Shown: positions 24,581-38,295, counted from the stretch's first letter. The stretch: DNA of 64,000 nucleotides from Bispira polyomma (GCA_965649765.1 OZ287748.1:24738001-24802000), one strand, 5' to 3'. Made by a program: numbers and translations. The notes: a model not told the origin generated them from the sequence alone.

Positions 24581-24710
24581 ATAGAAGCTGATTAATTGAT
24601 TTAAAAAATCCTCAATAACTGGGCCAAGGTCAAGGACTCTGGCTGAGGCATTTATATTTGCTAAAGAAACAAGCTGTTAGAAAAATAATATTGGTTGATT
24701 AAATAAATGC
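24510..24710 (+). repeat. 100-bp tandem duplication spanning the ankyrin gene stop codon
   Basis: ctcaataactggg...tag at 24511-24580 is repeated, diverged, at 24611-24680. Confidence 0.85.
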
Positions 24711-25503
24711 TTTCTTTCCTACTCAATGTTTTAAAGATACGTTAAAATGAGATTGCAGCTGATACAGTGGCTTCCCAGAGGCCATCCACCAAAAACTGTT
24801 TCAAGAACTATGGTTACCGGTTAAAAACATTTGTTTCGTTTTACTCATACCCATTGTGCCTATTAAGAGGAACTGTAATAAACCTAAATAAAAGATTTAT
24901 GTTTTCACTGAAAAATTGTCTTCATGGAACTATTTCTTTTATAATGTGGTACTTTAATATTTCAAATCACAGAAAAGGCCACAAATGTAAAAAAAGTCTC
25001 TTACAGACTTACAAAGTAAAGTACACGTGTAGAGACTGAGTAATTATTTAGTGAACCTTCTGTACTTCATTAAAATAGAAGTCTCTGTATACATCGTCTG
25101 TTGGCAACCAATTTTTACCAATATTTAGTATTACAAAAGTTATATCTTATCATTAAATATGTTCCGAGATTTTGCTGTCACTAAACCAAGATAGCAAATT
25201 GAGTTTGGTGGACAACATTGAGTCAGTTCAGTTGGTTATTTTTAATGGTGTTAAACTGTTAATGGATGATTGTTGTAAATTTAATTACATGTTATAATTA
25301 TTATGTTCAGTATTAATGCTGTTCCAGTGGTTTATCTGTGTTAAAACCTTGCTGTCTTTTTTTGTGAGGGCCTGTAAAATAACTTTTGTAGTATTCTGTG
25401 CTGTTTTTTGTTTTTGTACAGGATATACTGTTGTAGAGAGGATGCATATATCTCATTTGGAGATCAGAATCTCCCTTAAACAGGAGTTTATATATAATGT
25501 CTG

Positions 25504-25745
25504 GGCCCGTATTCTCGAACGTATACTCAGCTTAAACTCATACTCAGCTCAAATATAGGCCATGTGAAAATCCCTGTACATAGAAATAACCTATACTTGT
25601 GACCATTCATTTTAATAGAGCTTTCAACTCTAAATTGAAATATGAAGTCAAATTTTAGATATGTTTACTCTATTTAGAGTTATAGAGAATAAAGATTTGA
25701 GTTGAGTATGAGTTTGAGCTGAGTATACGTTCGAGAATACCAGTC
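25504..25745. mobile_element. Harbinger-like MITE with ~46-bp inverted arms
   Basis: gtattctcgaacgtatactcagcttaaactcatactc ... gagtatgagtttgagctgagtatacgttcgagaatac. Confidence 0.8.
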
Positions 25746-27474
25746 CAGATGTAGTTGTGTTGTGATCGAGATAAATATGTGCCTAATACTGTTCTTTCAT
25801 TTTGAAGTTATTCCAATTACAAGTTATAAATTACTATCTTCCTTTTTTTACATGTGACAAAGTTATGAAAGCCATTTCTAAATGTACTTTTAAAAGCAGT
25901 TATTAATATCCATGGATCTTTTTTTTTAGTTATGGATGGTTTTTACCTGACACCTTATTGAAGAAGACAATTTTTGTACCCCGCAGCCATTAATGTCTAT
26001 CGGGTGGTATCGTTCTCCATTTAGGGCATCTTTATTCACCTGACTAGATCTCGGGAAAAACTACATGCCACAGGAAAATTTAATTTTGGTAAACCAATAT
26101 TCATTTTGGAGGTACAGTTGCACAGGGTCATAGTCAAGTCACACTGCAACCTACGACTTTGGCGCTATGACCCTGTCCTTAAAAAAATGTTGTCTACACT
26201 ATAGCTAAGTAAGTGATTGTCACCGGGAGTTTATATTTGGTTGAAATAGTCATGACGACAGATTTTCACGGACATATATTATTTTAAAATTTGATCTTGA
26301 AGAAATGACAGTGACATAAAAATCTTTGCATGAGTTATATGTTAGCAATTTTTGTCATAGGAATTTCGTATTTGATATAAATTCTTCTCAAGGAATGTAT
26401 ATGTAGAATGTCATAGGTTTATATCAGTTTAACCTTTGACCTTGGAAGTTAGGATTTTGACCTTGAACATCTTGTGTGCACCATCTGATCCTATTTTTAT
26501 TTTGTTCAAATCTGTGTTTTCAAGGAGATAGTGATGGTGGTGGGGTAGGAAACATGTTGTAAGTTGTCTTTCAGTACTTTTGTGTGCTTTTATATAAGGC
26601 ATTACAGTATTTTTAACGAGTTAAGTGTACAATTGTCAGATTTGGTTTTTTTAATGCTTTTTTTGTGACTTTATGTGGACAGAACAGAAAGTAACCTTCT
26701 TTATAAATGTTCTCTATATACGTATTGTGTTTGTCGGTTACTGAGTGACCTTACAAATATGTACTATCACTTACTATTTAAATGCTGCCTAGGCATTATC
26801 ATGCAATGCATTACCTGTATTTAACTTTTTAATAGTAATATCTACTATATACAAAACTTATGGGGTGGTTAAATTATGTTTCAGATATAATAGATACTAT
26901 TACTATATATATAATATATATATAAACATGTAAACAACCACATATTCAAGATGTGAAAATAGTATTGTCTCAATTAAAAATTCCAGTGATTATATGTTTA
27001 TTGTATATAGAATATAAACCATAAGTGTATATATAACATAAAACCAATATATATCGTCTGTTTACTGATGTTAATCCAGTATTTACTATGATCTACATGT
27101 TTTATATACTTTTTCATAGTTTTTTTTTTTTATAAAGTAGATAATAATGTACTGTTTATACATTATTGTACTGTTTGTACATGAATGTGTGTATTATCTT
27201 TTGTTTATGTTTGAAAGAGGTGGTCATTACACAGAGGTTTCAATGTATAGGCCTAAATATATGTGTAGTATAATGGAAATGGAAATTGTAGCTTGAACAA
27301 AAACTTCACCAATTTACACTCAGGAAAGAAATCACTGAAACTTATTTTTCCATTAATGACCTTTCTTTTTACTTTAGAAAGAAATACAGATTATAATTTC
27401 TCACCCAGCAATTACATTATAATGTTGATCCTCATTGATCTAAAATATTTCAAATTTATAAATTCCCTGAGAAA

Positions 27475-27938
27475 AGACATGGTCTGTATTGAGAGGTGGC
27501 TCCTTCTCAGAGGTTGTAGACATGGTCCTTATTGAGAGGTGGCCCTTTCTCAGAGGTTGTAGACATGGTCTGTATTAAGAGGTGGCCCCATCTCAGAGGT
27601 TTTAAACATAGTCTGTATTGCGAGGTGGCCCCTTCTCAGAGGTTGTAAACAGGGTCTGTATTGAGAGGTGGCTCCTTCTCAGAGGTTGTAGACATGGTCT
27701 GTATTGAGAGGTGACCCCTTCTCACAGGTTGTAGACATGGTCTGTATTGAGAGGTGGCTCCTTCTCAGAGGTTGTAAACATGGTCTGTATTGAGAGGTGA
27801 CCCCTTCTTAGAGGTTGTAAACATGGTCTGTATTCAGAGGTGGCCCAATCTCAGAAGGTTGTAAACATGGTCTGTATTGAGAGGTGGCCCCATCTCAGAG
27901 GTTGTAGACATGGTCTGTATTGAAAGCTGGCTCCATCT
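27475..27938. repeat. Minisatellite, 43-bp unit, ~11 copies
   Basis: Consensus agacatggtctgtattgagaggtggctccttctcagaggttgt, period 43, no unique spacers. Confidence 0.97.
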
Positions 27939-30900
27939 ATCCTCCATACATGAAATGTATTAACATGTATTTACGTCATTAACAATCTACCTCTTGAGAG
28001 ATTAGTGTGTGTTGTTTGGACTATTTAAGAAAAAAAATATTCCTTTATTCTAAGGTTGTGGTTGTCACCATTTCAATTTTTGCTGATTCGGTTAAATTTT
28101 TCTCCTCATTTCAAACCATATTCTTATCATTTTAAGGCCATAGCAGTTTAGCTTGAAAATATGACCCTGTACATTCAGTCATTGTGTCACTTTTCTTAAA
28201 TGCCCATACAAGTTGAGTTTATTTATCTTTTCTATGAGGTTAAAGAACTTGCAGATACAATATCAAATAATCCACAAATTTGGGGTTATTTGATTCCGCA
28301 TTTAAATATGTGTATCACAATATTATATTAAAAATTTAAATAAGGTGAATGTTGTTTTATGGTCAAAAGTCTCGGAAATGGTGTCCAGATTTTTTTGAGT
28401 TATTATTTTGTAGAGTGTTATTAAAACAAGTTATTAGTTCCATTTCTTTTAAAAGTAGATTTTTTTTCTTTCTTATTTTTAAGATTGTGCCATTACCCCC
28501 GAGGTGTTTTGATCTTTGTGTAAATATTGTGAGATCGTGTGGCAAAACTTTGTGAAATCTCAATTTGTGTGTGTATTAAGTTACGCCTAACTATGTTTTT
28601 GTTGAGAAGGTACCTGTGAGTGTTAAATTAATAGTTTATAACCTGTATTGTTTCCGACATTACTCTCTTTAAAATGCCGTAGAATATTTCTCAAAGACAG
28701 AATCTGAAAAAAAAAAGATTAATATTTGTTGCAAAATAGTTATTTTAAAGAAATTTTAAAGAAAAATGGAGTTCTTCAGATTCAGACTCTATTGGATGCT
28801 CTTTACATGAAAAAAAATGGTCAGCACCACTTTATCTGTTGTTTGTATGTACTGGTTTTTTTTTTGTTTTGTTTTTTACCTTAAGATGCTTATTGATATG
28901 GTATTGATTCAATGACTTCTCATTCACAATACAACCTCTATTATCCAGATATGTAATAGTCTGCACCTTTTTTTTGTACTGCCCAAATCTTGATTTCGCC
29001 CATCCTTACTATATCATTGTTTTCCAGGCAAAACAATCCCTTACAGATACAGACGCTTGGAATGGTGGAAAAATAAATGCAAGTTCCAATATGTAATTTT
29101 CATAAAATATAGTCAGGTGGTCATACAAAATAAGTTTAAAATGTTAGAATATTTTAAAAGTAAAATAAATAATTTTAAAACAATACTCTTCATTTCTTGT
29201 GAATTGGCTGGTAGTAAGTGTGTCTATTGGGATGTAGGCTCTGGGGATTACATCTGAGATATTTAACTGTTTACAAGAATATTTTTTCATCATAATGGAC
29301 AGTCCCCTTTGTGATACATTTTTGGCTATTATTCGGTTATATGCACACAGAACTTCTCTTCTTGGACATTTGGATTATAATCGAGGTTGTACTGTGAAAA
29401 GGAGGAGTTTTACTCAAAGGTTTGTCACATCAGAATATCAAAGTATTAGGATCGATCATTTACATTTTATATCCATATGTGTTATAAATTTTTTTTTTGT
29501 ATAAGTAATATACATGTTTCATTTATTCAAGTTATTCACGTGTGTCAGTGCTATATTTTTACTTTTACTCGCACATGTATTTTAGTCCAACAAGAAATGT
29601 CTCATGTTAATGAATCTTGATGTCAAGTTTTGGTTTTTTATCTTTTTCTTTCATATGTTTGCGTGTTTTTTTACATGTACAGTATTTCCTATTCGGTGGA
29701 TGTGATATATATAGATATAGGTATATATAGTACTCCAAAGGTTGCTTGAAACCCCAGCTTGAATAATGTATCTTAGTATTGTACTGTGTTAAATATTAAT
29801 ATTAAACCAATAATACATCTTTATGTCAGACACATATAATATATATATATATATAAGAATATAAGCTCCATATAAAAAAGGTACATACAGTTGAACCTCT
29901 AAAATCTGAAGTTGTTGGGGGAGAAAAATTTATATCAATAGCCAGTAATTGGTAAACAAGGAATACGTTTTAAATAATGAAGTTAAAACGTAAAATAATT
30001 CAAGGTGGTAAGCCACATATAGGAAATATTTAGTAGAAACTGATGGTCCGTGCACCATTCGAATAGTAAATTTGAAAAACAATTATTTGGTTAGTTACGT
30101 GGACCTTATATATTGCTGGTTACACAGATCTTATCATACAAAAGCCAGGCAATCAGGGCTTCTTTATATCAGAAAATGTTAATCATTTAAAAAAAAATTT
30201 AAAGTTGTGTAAACTGTTCTATCATTTAGTACCTTCAATTTGATTGAAATAACATATATGTACTTAATTTATGATTTGTCTTTACATTCTACTGAATATT
30301 CAGCGAAAAGTGTGACCAAGTATTCGAATAGTAATTTATATATTCATTTTTAGCCTTAAATGTAATAGCGATATGAAGTTTTATCAAACCTGCTTCACTT
30401 TGCACAATTGGGGTGTGAGTAGCTGAGTTTCTGGTATGAGTGTGTTGTGCCATTGTTAGAGTCACTTGTAGTTCTTGTTCTATACATATTTACATAGCTG
30501 CTAAATATTATTTATTTTTAACTTTATTTATTTATAGCTGCTGCGTATTAGTATTTATTCAATACAGAGTGTGAAGTGCTTCAGTGTGACATTTATGTAT
30601 AGTTAGCTGCTGCTGATTGTAACTTTATTACATACAATTTTACAAACTATTTTATGTTTTATGGTGGCCACTTTTGAAATTTTTTTTGTGTAACACTACA
30701 AGCTATGATGTTGTTTACTTTGTATATAAGTGGCTATAAAATTGTGAATGATCGCAAGATCGAGACATTGAAGGAAAAATTGGTTATGCCACTATTGGGG
30801 ATATACCGTAGAAACTAAATTAAATATGTCTGTAACATAACCGTTAGTGATTCTAATCAGTATTTATCTTTCTTTTTTTAATTTAAAAACTAACCTTTAA

Positions 30901-32045
30901 TTTAATTTACTGTTGTTATTGATGTTGTGGTTGTGAAAAAGCTACAAGTTTCTGTGACGAGTTTTGTCAGATTTCTATTTTTGTAAAACGGTTGTTGTAT
31001 GGAATAGATTGTGTAATATGCATTGCTCAGAATTAATGTGTCTTTTCTTGTTGTATGTTGGCCTGTTTCTCTGAGGCTGGCCTTTCTTTAATAGTAGCTA
31101 TATTTTGCGCAGTTTCATGGAAGATCCCATTTTGTCTCCTACACTTTTGTGTCTCCGTGCAAGAAAAATGATGGTCCTGGATTCACGAAACAATAATATT
31201 TCAAGTTTTTTTTTCTTACATTTCTAGGAAGTTAGATCAAAGGGTGATTGCATGGACATTCCTAACTCTAGCGTAAGCTGTATGTGACTTCTTTTTAGAT
31301 TTTACATAAACAAAGGCTATATAGCTAAGATGTATGCTGGTTTTAAAACCAGTAAAATGAGGAGACATTTTCCAAACTTGCAATCTAAGTAAATACTTAG
31401 CAAAGTATAGATTTTGTAAATACTGATTTTGGAGAAAACTTACTGTAAAAGTGAAAAAACCTTCCCAAAGTTTTTAGCTCCTGCATAGCGTGGATAACTT
31501 TTATGGGACTAAAGTACAGTCTATTACAATAGTGAACATCCCCTCTATATTAAGACTGGGTTCCATGGCTATTCACTATCTAGATTGTAGTGTCCTAAAA
31601 TTCCTTACTGTATCTCTACACACCCCTCAATTAACATAGTGAATTGCTTTTGCACACAAAACTTCTGGAAGTGTGTGATAAATAAAAACACTGGTGGAAG
31701 TTACATGCTAAAATTTAATTATTTTTTGATCTCACATTGTTATGACCTGTTTGATGTAATCTGTGTATTTTAGTTGTACCTGTTCGTTTCTCCCAAGATT
31801 TGATGTAAACTATATTGTAAACTATTGTATTTTAGTACCATAAAAGTTCTGCACATTATGTATGAGCTAAAAGGTAAAGAACTCATAGCCCAGACCAGAC
31901 AAACACAGCAACTTTATGCATATAAATTTTGATTTTTCTGACTGATTTTATTTATTACTGAACATTTCTAAAGCACTTTCACTATTGAAAGCTCTAAGTG
32001 CTGTACAATGAAAAGAATATATACAAGATTGGTACGAAATATTAG

Positions 32046-32200
32046 GTCCTCAGTGGCCGCCGAGTGGTTAGCAAGATTGGCAACTAACCACAGGCTGTCA
32101 CCTCTGGGTGGGTTCGCCTACCACAAGTGACAAATGCTGTGGGCCTGTCCCAATATGACCCTGGCTGTTGAAACCCTCAACTTTGACTTTGGTATGACTT
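32046..32200 (+). mobile_element. Second tRNA-derived SINE family copy
   Basis: A-box-like tggcc(gcc)gagtggttag, B-box-like gggttcg, body ...ccaatatgaccctggctgttga..., (actttg)n tail. Confidence 0.65.
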
Positions 32201-33166
32201 TGGTATGAAATATATTAAAATATATAAAAACGGGAATTAGTGTTAATGCTATATAAGAATGTATAGTGCTTTTTTCTTATAAAGCACACTTGTAGAGTAT
32301 TCTCTTCAGATCTGCAGTGTACACATATTCCTTGTACAGTACAATATGAAGACTATGGACTATGTTTTTGGTATAGGTTAAAGGTAAAACTAGTTTTAGT
32401 CATTTAAATTACGATCAGACCATTGGTTACAGGTTTACCCTGGTCAGTGACTTTGGACAATGAATAATATATGGGAGAGAAATGATTTATTTACATCAGC
32501 TGACTTATGTTGGCTATCAAATGATTTACAGATAGTAAAGATTACATTTTATAGTTAAAGCTACATTGTATACAGGTCTGCTAGACCATATGTCATAAAT
32601 ACCTTCTAGTGTGTAGATCTACACCAAAGCAGCACAGAAGTTTTTCAGGTTGACTATTGGTTTTGTTTTTCTGGTTTAAATACAGTACTGTAACAGTGGA
32701 CAGTATTTTTACATTTTTGTTGGCACTGTTGAACCTAAAATAAATCTTAATTCTGTAGAAAAAAAGTTGTATATATATATATATGGGTTGGCCCAGCCTT
32801 GGTAATAGTTGTGTCTCTCAACATTCCACAAATTTATGGACCCTCTATATTCAAGGGAATGTTCATAATTTTGATAAAATGTTTTTCCAATTCTTTAGAG
32901 AATTACATTTAAAATGCCTGTGCCAAGATTTAGGAAAGATGTAAAACTCGTAAATAATCTCAAAATAAAAATTCTCAAAATATATATTCTCAAAATATAT
33001 CCAGGTGGATCTTTGTGCGCGTGAAATCCATCTTAAATTTGACTACATATTTAGTCTCTGTTAAAATTAGTTTTTATTTCCTATTATAAAGTCAGTCTAT
33101 ATATAGTTATTTGTGTTTAAGCAGGAGTTTGAATGTAAGACCGTAAATAAATATGGTTGTCTTATA

Positions 33167-33262
33167 TAAACAGGTCATTACCATAAACCAGTAAAATTAT
33201 TTCCTGGTGAAAATAAACAGGTCATTACCATAAACAGGTAAAATTATTTCCTGGTGAAAATA
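33167..33262. repeat. ~47-bp tandem duplication
   Basis: ataaacaggtcattaccataaac.(a/g)gtaaaattatttcctggtgaaaat occurs twice. Confidence 0.85.
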
Positions 33263-34849
33263 TTCAATTAAACCGCGCATTGTACAGAAACATGTTAGAT
33301 TTGAGTAAGACAGAGTGATTTTGTGTTTCTTTTTGTACTACAGAACTTTTCGATAAATAGTTTATATCTATGCCAAAATGTACTGGCTTTTACCCACATT
33401 GTCACTTTTGAGAACTGATGTTAAATGTTTTTTAAAAAAACACTGATGTTAAATTTACACTTGTTTTCGTGAGACAAATCGATGAAATAGCTAGATACAA
33501 GTCAGTATAAAAATAATGAAGTAATCTAGGTTTTCCTATTGAATCTTAATTAATCAACAGCTACAGGAGTGAGCATACAAAATAATAGTTCATTAAATGA
33601 CGGTAATTTCAAAAAGGGAAGTACACTGTAAATGAATTGTTTGCTTCCTGTGGGAAATAGATATCCCTTGTGGGTTATTGTCTCTTGAAAATACAAAATT
33701 GCAGAAAAATAAATGTATTAAAGTAGGAAATGAGTTTTTAACACTTACTTGTAAACAGTGAAGGTCTAGATGACGTCCCAATGAATTCAATTTAGAATAA
33801 ATGAATCTGTGATACTTGTCAGAAATTGTACAACCTTTCAGTTTAGGTTGCATCCAATCAATTCACAAATTGTTATTTTATGCTGTGTCTCTAAACACTA
33901 ATGTAAATGAAATAGTGTAAGTTATTTTATGTTTTTTATATTGTACTGCGTATCATCTTTTTGAAATATAGGCACCAAATTGAAACAATAGACCCATACA
34001 TGAATATGTGCTTTCGTAGTAAATGAACTAAAATACACGTATTGGGAAGTGATGTTGCAAATTTCACATGACAAAACTCTATATATATTTGATATTTATT
34101 CGTCTTAATATGTTTTTCTTTATCTGTTGTTAGTGTCTTACTTAATGTGTGTTTATTACATTTTGTGAAGTCAATAAAAGACCTGGGTATTATATCTGCC
34201 TATTTTTTTTTCCTTGCCAAACAAAAAAAATGTTCTATTTATGGTATCCTGAGTTAAAATATGGAGGGACTTAGTGACCTTTGCTTATAGTTGGCGCCTT
34301 CAGTGATGACCTTGCTTTTTACCCACTCAATGTCTTTGCTCATTCGTCTGCCACTGTGACCTAGTGGTTAGGAACCCATAAGACATAAGGGTTTTTTATC
34401 TCATTTAGAGGCGACCAGGTGCAGTACACCAGATAACCATTTCAAATGCTGTCCCCTGTGTTATTGGATCCTATTCCCAGTGGCATGTTAAAGAAACTTG
34501 AGAACATGAATATAAATGATCATTCTGCTGGTTGGACTATGGTGGACAGTTAAGAAAAGGTGGATTAGCTCTATACAGAACAGATAATGGTAGATGAATG
34601 TGCGGAGTATAATTGTGAATACAATACAACAGTGAAATTGTAGACATTGTCCCCCCCCCCCCCCCACAAACATACACACAGACACGCCTTGTAGGATGGG
34701 CGATTGGGCAGAGAGATGTCTTTCTATTCAGACTAGGGAAACTTGCCACTGGTGGTAAGTAAATGCACCAGTAAAGAGACCACTAGTCTGTCACATTTAC
34801 ATGATCCTATTGCTTTATACTAAAATACATCATCTAGTTTATGAATTTA

Positions 34850-35040
34850 GGGTTTACATCACTATTAACAACTTGGGGCAAATCACAACAGCCAGATTCA
34901 ATGGTGGAAGAAACCAGGGCAGAACCACCAACCTACGGCACAGTACCTGATAAACATTCCCACATGAAGGAACAAATGGGATTCGAGGCCAATGATTGTT
35001 AAGCAGGTTCTTCTAACCACTTCCAGCCACTGTAGCCCCT
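34850..35040 (-). mobile_element. Degenerate tRNA-derived SINE, MetaSINE-like (other copies ~49525-49880 +, ~60445-60662 -; fragments ~13540-13620, ~60915-60990)
   Basis: Reverse complement reads ggggctacagtggc...gtggttag...tgtgggaatgtttatcaggtac...ggtttcttccaccattgaatctggc...gttgttaatagtgatgtaaacc. Family assignment is from memory of molluscan SINEs. Confidence 0.6.
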
Positions 35041-36446
35041 CTTCTATTTTATAAACCTTTTATTATCAAAACAAAACTTTTCTCTCTCAAAATTTTCGGA
35101 TAATAGATGTAATGTATAGTCCCAGTTGTGCGACATTATGATCTGACCTCTTTTCTTAACTTTTGGTGGCATGACCCTGACCTTCACAATCTGGTCTTGA
35201 TTACGTCTCCAAAACTATTTCACTGAAAGTTGAAAATATAGCCTCTGAGACATGTTAATGTGAGATATCCTAGTCTGACTTTATTTTGACCGTGATGACT
35301 CCCACTAAAAATTACCCCAATCAAAAATTCACAATCTACATCAACTTAGGATCCTACCTTTGATAGCCGTGCCAGGAAAACTAGCCGAACTTGTGATTGG
35401 ATTAAAATTGAGGATATCATTAATGTCATGAATTGTATAGTAATTAAAGTTCAAAGTTCAATAAGCTTATGCTTACAATATGCCTTTTTAAAATACAATG
35501 CAATGTTTTTCATAACTATTCCTAAAGGATATTTGTTAGTTTTAATAATGATTTTTGCGTCAATGATGTCATCTTAAGTTCGAGGAATACTTGCCGCATG
35601 CTTTCCATCCAGAGCTCAAACAGATAAAGTTCTTAAGGGCAGCCAACTCTTTAGGCTCCAGCTTATGGATGTTTTCATACTAACCAAAATGTAGCCTCCT
35701 CAGCAACCAGGGTTGGACCGGTAGGATCTTCTCTGTTTTCTAACATGCCTCTTTCTCAAGTAGTTGCAGATAGCACAACATTGCTTCTCTGGTTAATATG
35801 ATTAAACTGCATGAAGCCCTGCAGCAATGCAACATGAAGAGCTGACTATATATTTATTGTGATATGAACACATTGACGACTGAATTATGAATGAGCCAAT
35901 GTTTTAAACTGCATGCTTTTGTATACTAGTTACTGCACTTGCCCCAGTCGTAGACCAACTTTCTACCTCCGAGGAATAACCTTTTATTGCCATTTATTGC
36001 CATACTACTACCTTGTATACCCTTATCTCAGTCGTGTCATATAAGTCAATTACTGAAATTCGCCCTCCCTTACCTTATATCACCATCTCTACACCGTTTC
36101 ATAACTGAAGAAATACCTTGCAAACTGCCTCGATGCTGAGGCCTTAACATTTCAGAGCTCATTTGCTTATTTCCAGACAATATGGCAGCACAATGATGGA
36201 AGGTAAGTAACCTTTTACAACCTTCTACTGCCTTCTAGAATACCAGCAATGTGTGACATGGGCATTAGGAACACAGAGGGGCTACTGGATACAGGCAGCT
36301 TCTTATTTACTGAGCACATTTTGACTGCCTTGTTTATTGGTATCTCCCTGCAACCTGTTCACCAAAGCTTAGTCCAGGTTTACATTGGAGTTTGTTGGGA
36401 AATTGTGCAGAGTGTACTGAGAGAAATCTTTAACGTTAATTGGATG

Positions 36447-36680
36447 TCTGTGCCAGACAGAACAGGTCAGTTTACTGAGTACAATATGACTTCTGTGCCA
36501 GACAGAACAGGTCAATTTACTGAGTAAATTATGACTTATGTTCTAGACAGAACATGTAATTTTACTGTGTACATTATGACTTTTGTGCCAGATAGAACAG
36601 GTTAATTTACTCAGTACATTATGACTTCTCTGCCAACCTGGACAGGACAATTGACAGAACATGTCAATTTTCTGAGTGCT
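36447..36680. repeat. Minisatellite, 45-bp unit, ~5 decaying copies
   Basis: tctgtgccagacagaacaggtca(g/a)tttactgagtaca(a/t)tatgact at 36447, 36492, 36537, 36582, 36627. Confidence 0.9.
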
Positions 36681-36744
36681 GGACTGAATAGATTAATTTA
36701 TTGAGTACATGGACAAATAAATTTAGTGAGCACATTTTTTCACA

Positions 36745-37495
36745 CTCCTTTCCTACTACTCTCCTTGGTAATAGTACTGTTCCTGCTGACAGTGCGAAGA
36801 ACCTAGGAGTAACTTTTGACTTCTTCAAAAAACATGTCTTGAATATCTGTCATTCCTGCTTCTGCAACATCCGTGATTTTCACAGGATTTGACGGCATTT
36901 AACCCAAGTAAATGCCATTACAGTGGCAAATGCCCTGGTATCAAATCGACTAGATTACTGTAAATCACTACTATATGGAATTGGACAGGGCCAAATAAAC
37001 AAGCTACAGAAAATTCAAAACAACCTGTGCAGAATAGTAAGCCATGCTGGCCCTTGCACTCACACAACTCCCCTGCTTAAACAATTAAATCGACTACCTA
37101 TTGAGTTTTGTATTAAATTTAAGGTAATTGTCCTCATTTTTAAGACAGTCCATGTACAACAACCTGGAATTATCATCTATGCTGTCTCTCAGCAATCTCA
37201 GCAGAGGCAATCGTCTCTCCACCTCTGGTTTCCTACCCAAAAAATCAGCTGGTTAAAAATCATTCTTAGTTGCAGCACCTGCACAAGCATCACAGGTTTC
37301 AGAAAAAAAAGCTCAAAACACATCTCTATCAGCTCGCTTTCCCACCGTATCATTCATCTGATGGTCACGACTGAATCTCTGATCACGAACCTTTTCCCGT
37401 CTACCGGACTATGCTCCTGCACACTTACCAGGAAATGCGCCACAGAGGATGCCTGGTCATCGATTGTGGTGGTATAGTAGTCAAAACATTAACAT
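36745..37495 (+). mobile_element. Decayed L2-clade LINE 3' fragment
   Basis: Translates SAKNLGVTFD, ANALVSNRLDYCKSLL, LQKIQNNLCRIV with stops and frameshifts. Confidence 0.85.
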
Positions 37496-37587
37496 TAAGG
37501 CCTTCCTTGGTTTCGCGGTGACTCCCTTTGTGAGGAATATTTCATAAGTAGAATTCTAATATGTCATTGTAGTGACCTGGTGGGTAA

Positions 37588-38295
37588 GCCTAAGCTTCCT
37601 TTCAGCATGTTTTTCTCGGTCGACGTTGGCCGATCCCCTCCCCCCATTATACAATACTACCAAGTGCTTCCTTTCAGTAGATTTGCATCAGATTCGATCC
37701 GACGTCGGCCAACGTCTGTTTGGCCAACAGTTTTTATCTGTCAGGAAGCCAAAAAATCGGGAGGACTGTCCGATTTTGAAGCAAAAGTGGACAAATAAAC
37801 TGTCTATAGGTATAGTTTTCATCCAATAAATACTCAATATTCGTCGGATGTTAAAGTTAAAAATGGCATGAGAAAGCTTATTTTATTGTGATTACTGTGT
37901 TTTTTTCCTCACCAAAATCCGTTTAGAAACGGCTCAGATATTTAAGCTTATAGAAGGGTACCCCATTTAACTTCCCCTTCTACAGTGAATAATACGTCAC
38001 AGTGTCGTCATAATGACGTCATGTTTGTAGCTACGTCACAGCTAACGCATTAGGAAATAAAAATGGATACCCTTTTTAAACTGTATATATCTCAGTCGTT
38101 TCTAAACTAATTTTTAGGGAAAAAAAGCACACTAATCACAATAAAACTGGCTTTCTCCTGCCATTTTCACCCTCCACATCAGACGAATTTTAAGTAGATA
38201 TCTGATGAAAGGAAGCGCCACATCGGCCGACGTCGGATCGGATCGGGCACCTTCAAATCGGCCGACGTCGGAATGTGCTGAAAGGAAGCGTAGGC
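37588..38295. mobile_element. PIF/Harbinger-type MITE with a long internal foldback
   Basis: taa|gcctaagcttcctttcagca ... tgctgaaaggaagcgtaggc|taa (TAA TSD). Internal ~150-bp inverted arms at ~37817-37968 / ~38060-38210. Confidence 0.88.

Noticed and set aside
27475-27938. CRISPR-like array (regular palindromic repeats)
   Set aside because: Units are head-to-tail with no unique spacers, there are no cas genes, and the context is eukaryotic. It is a minisatellite.
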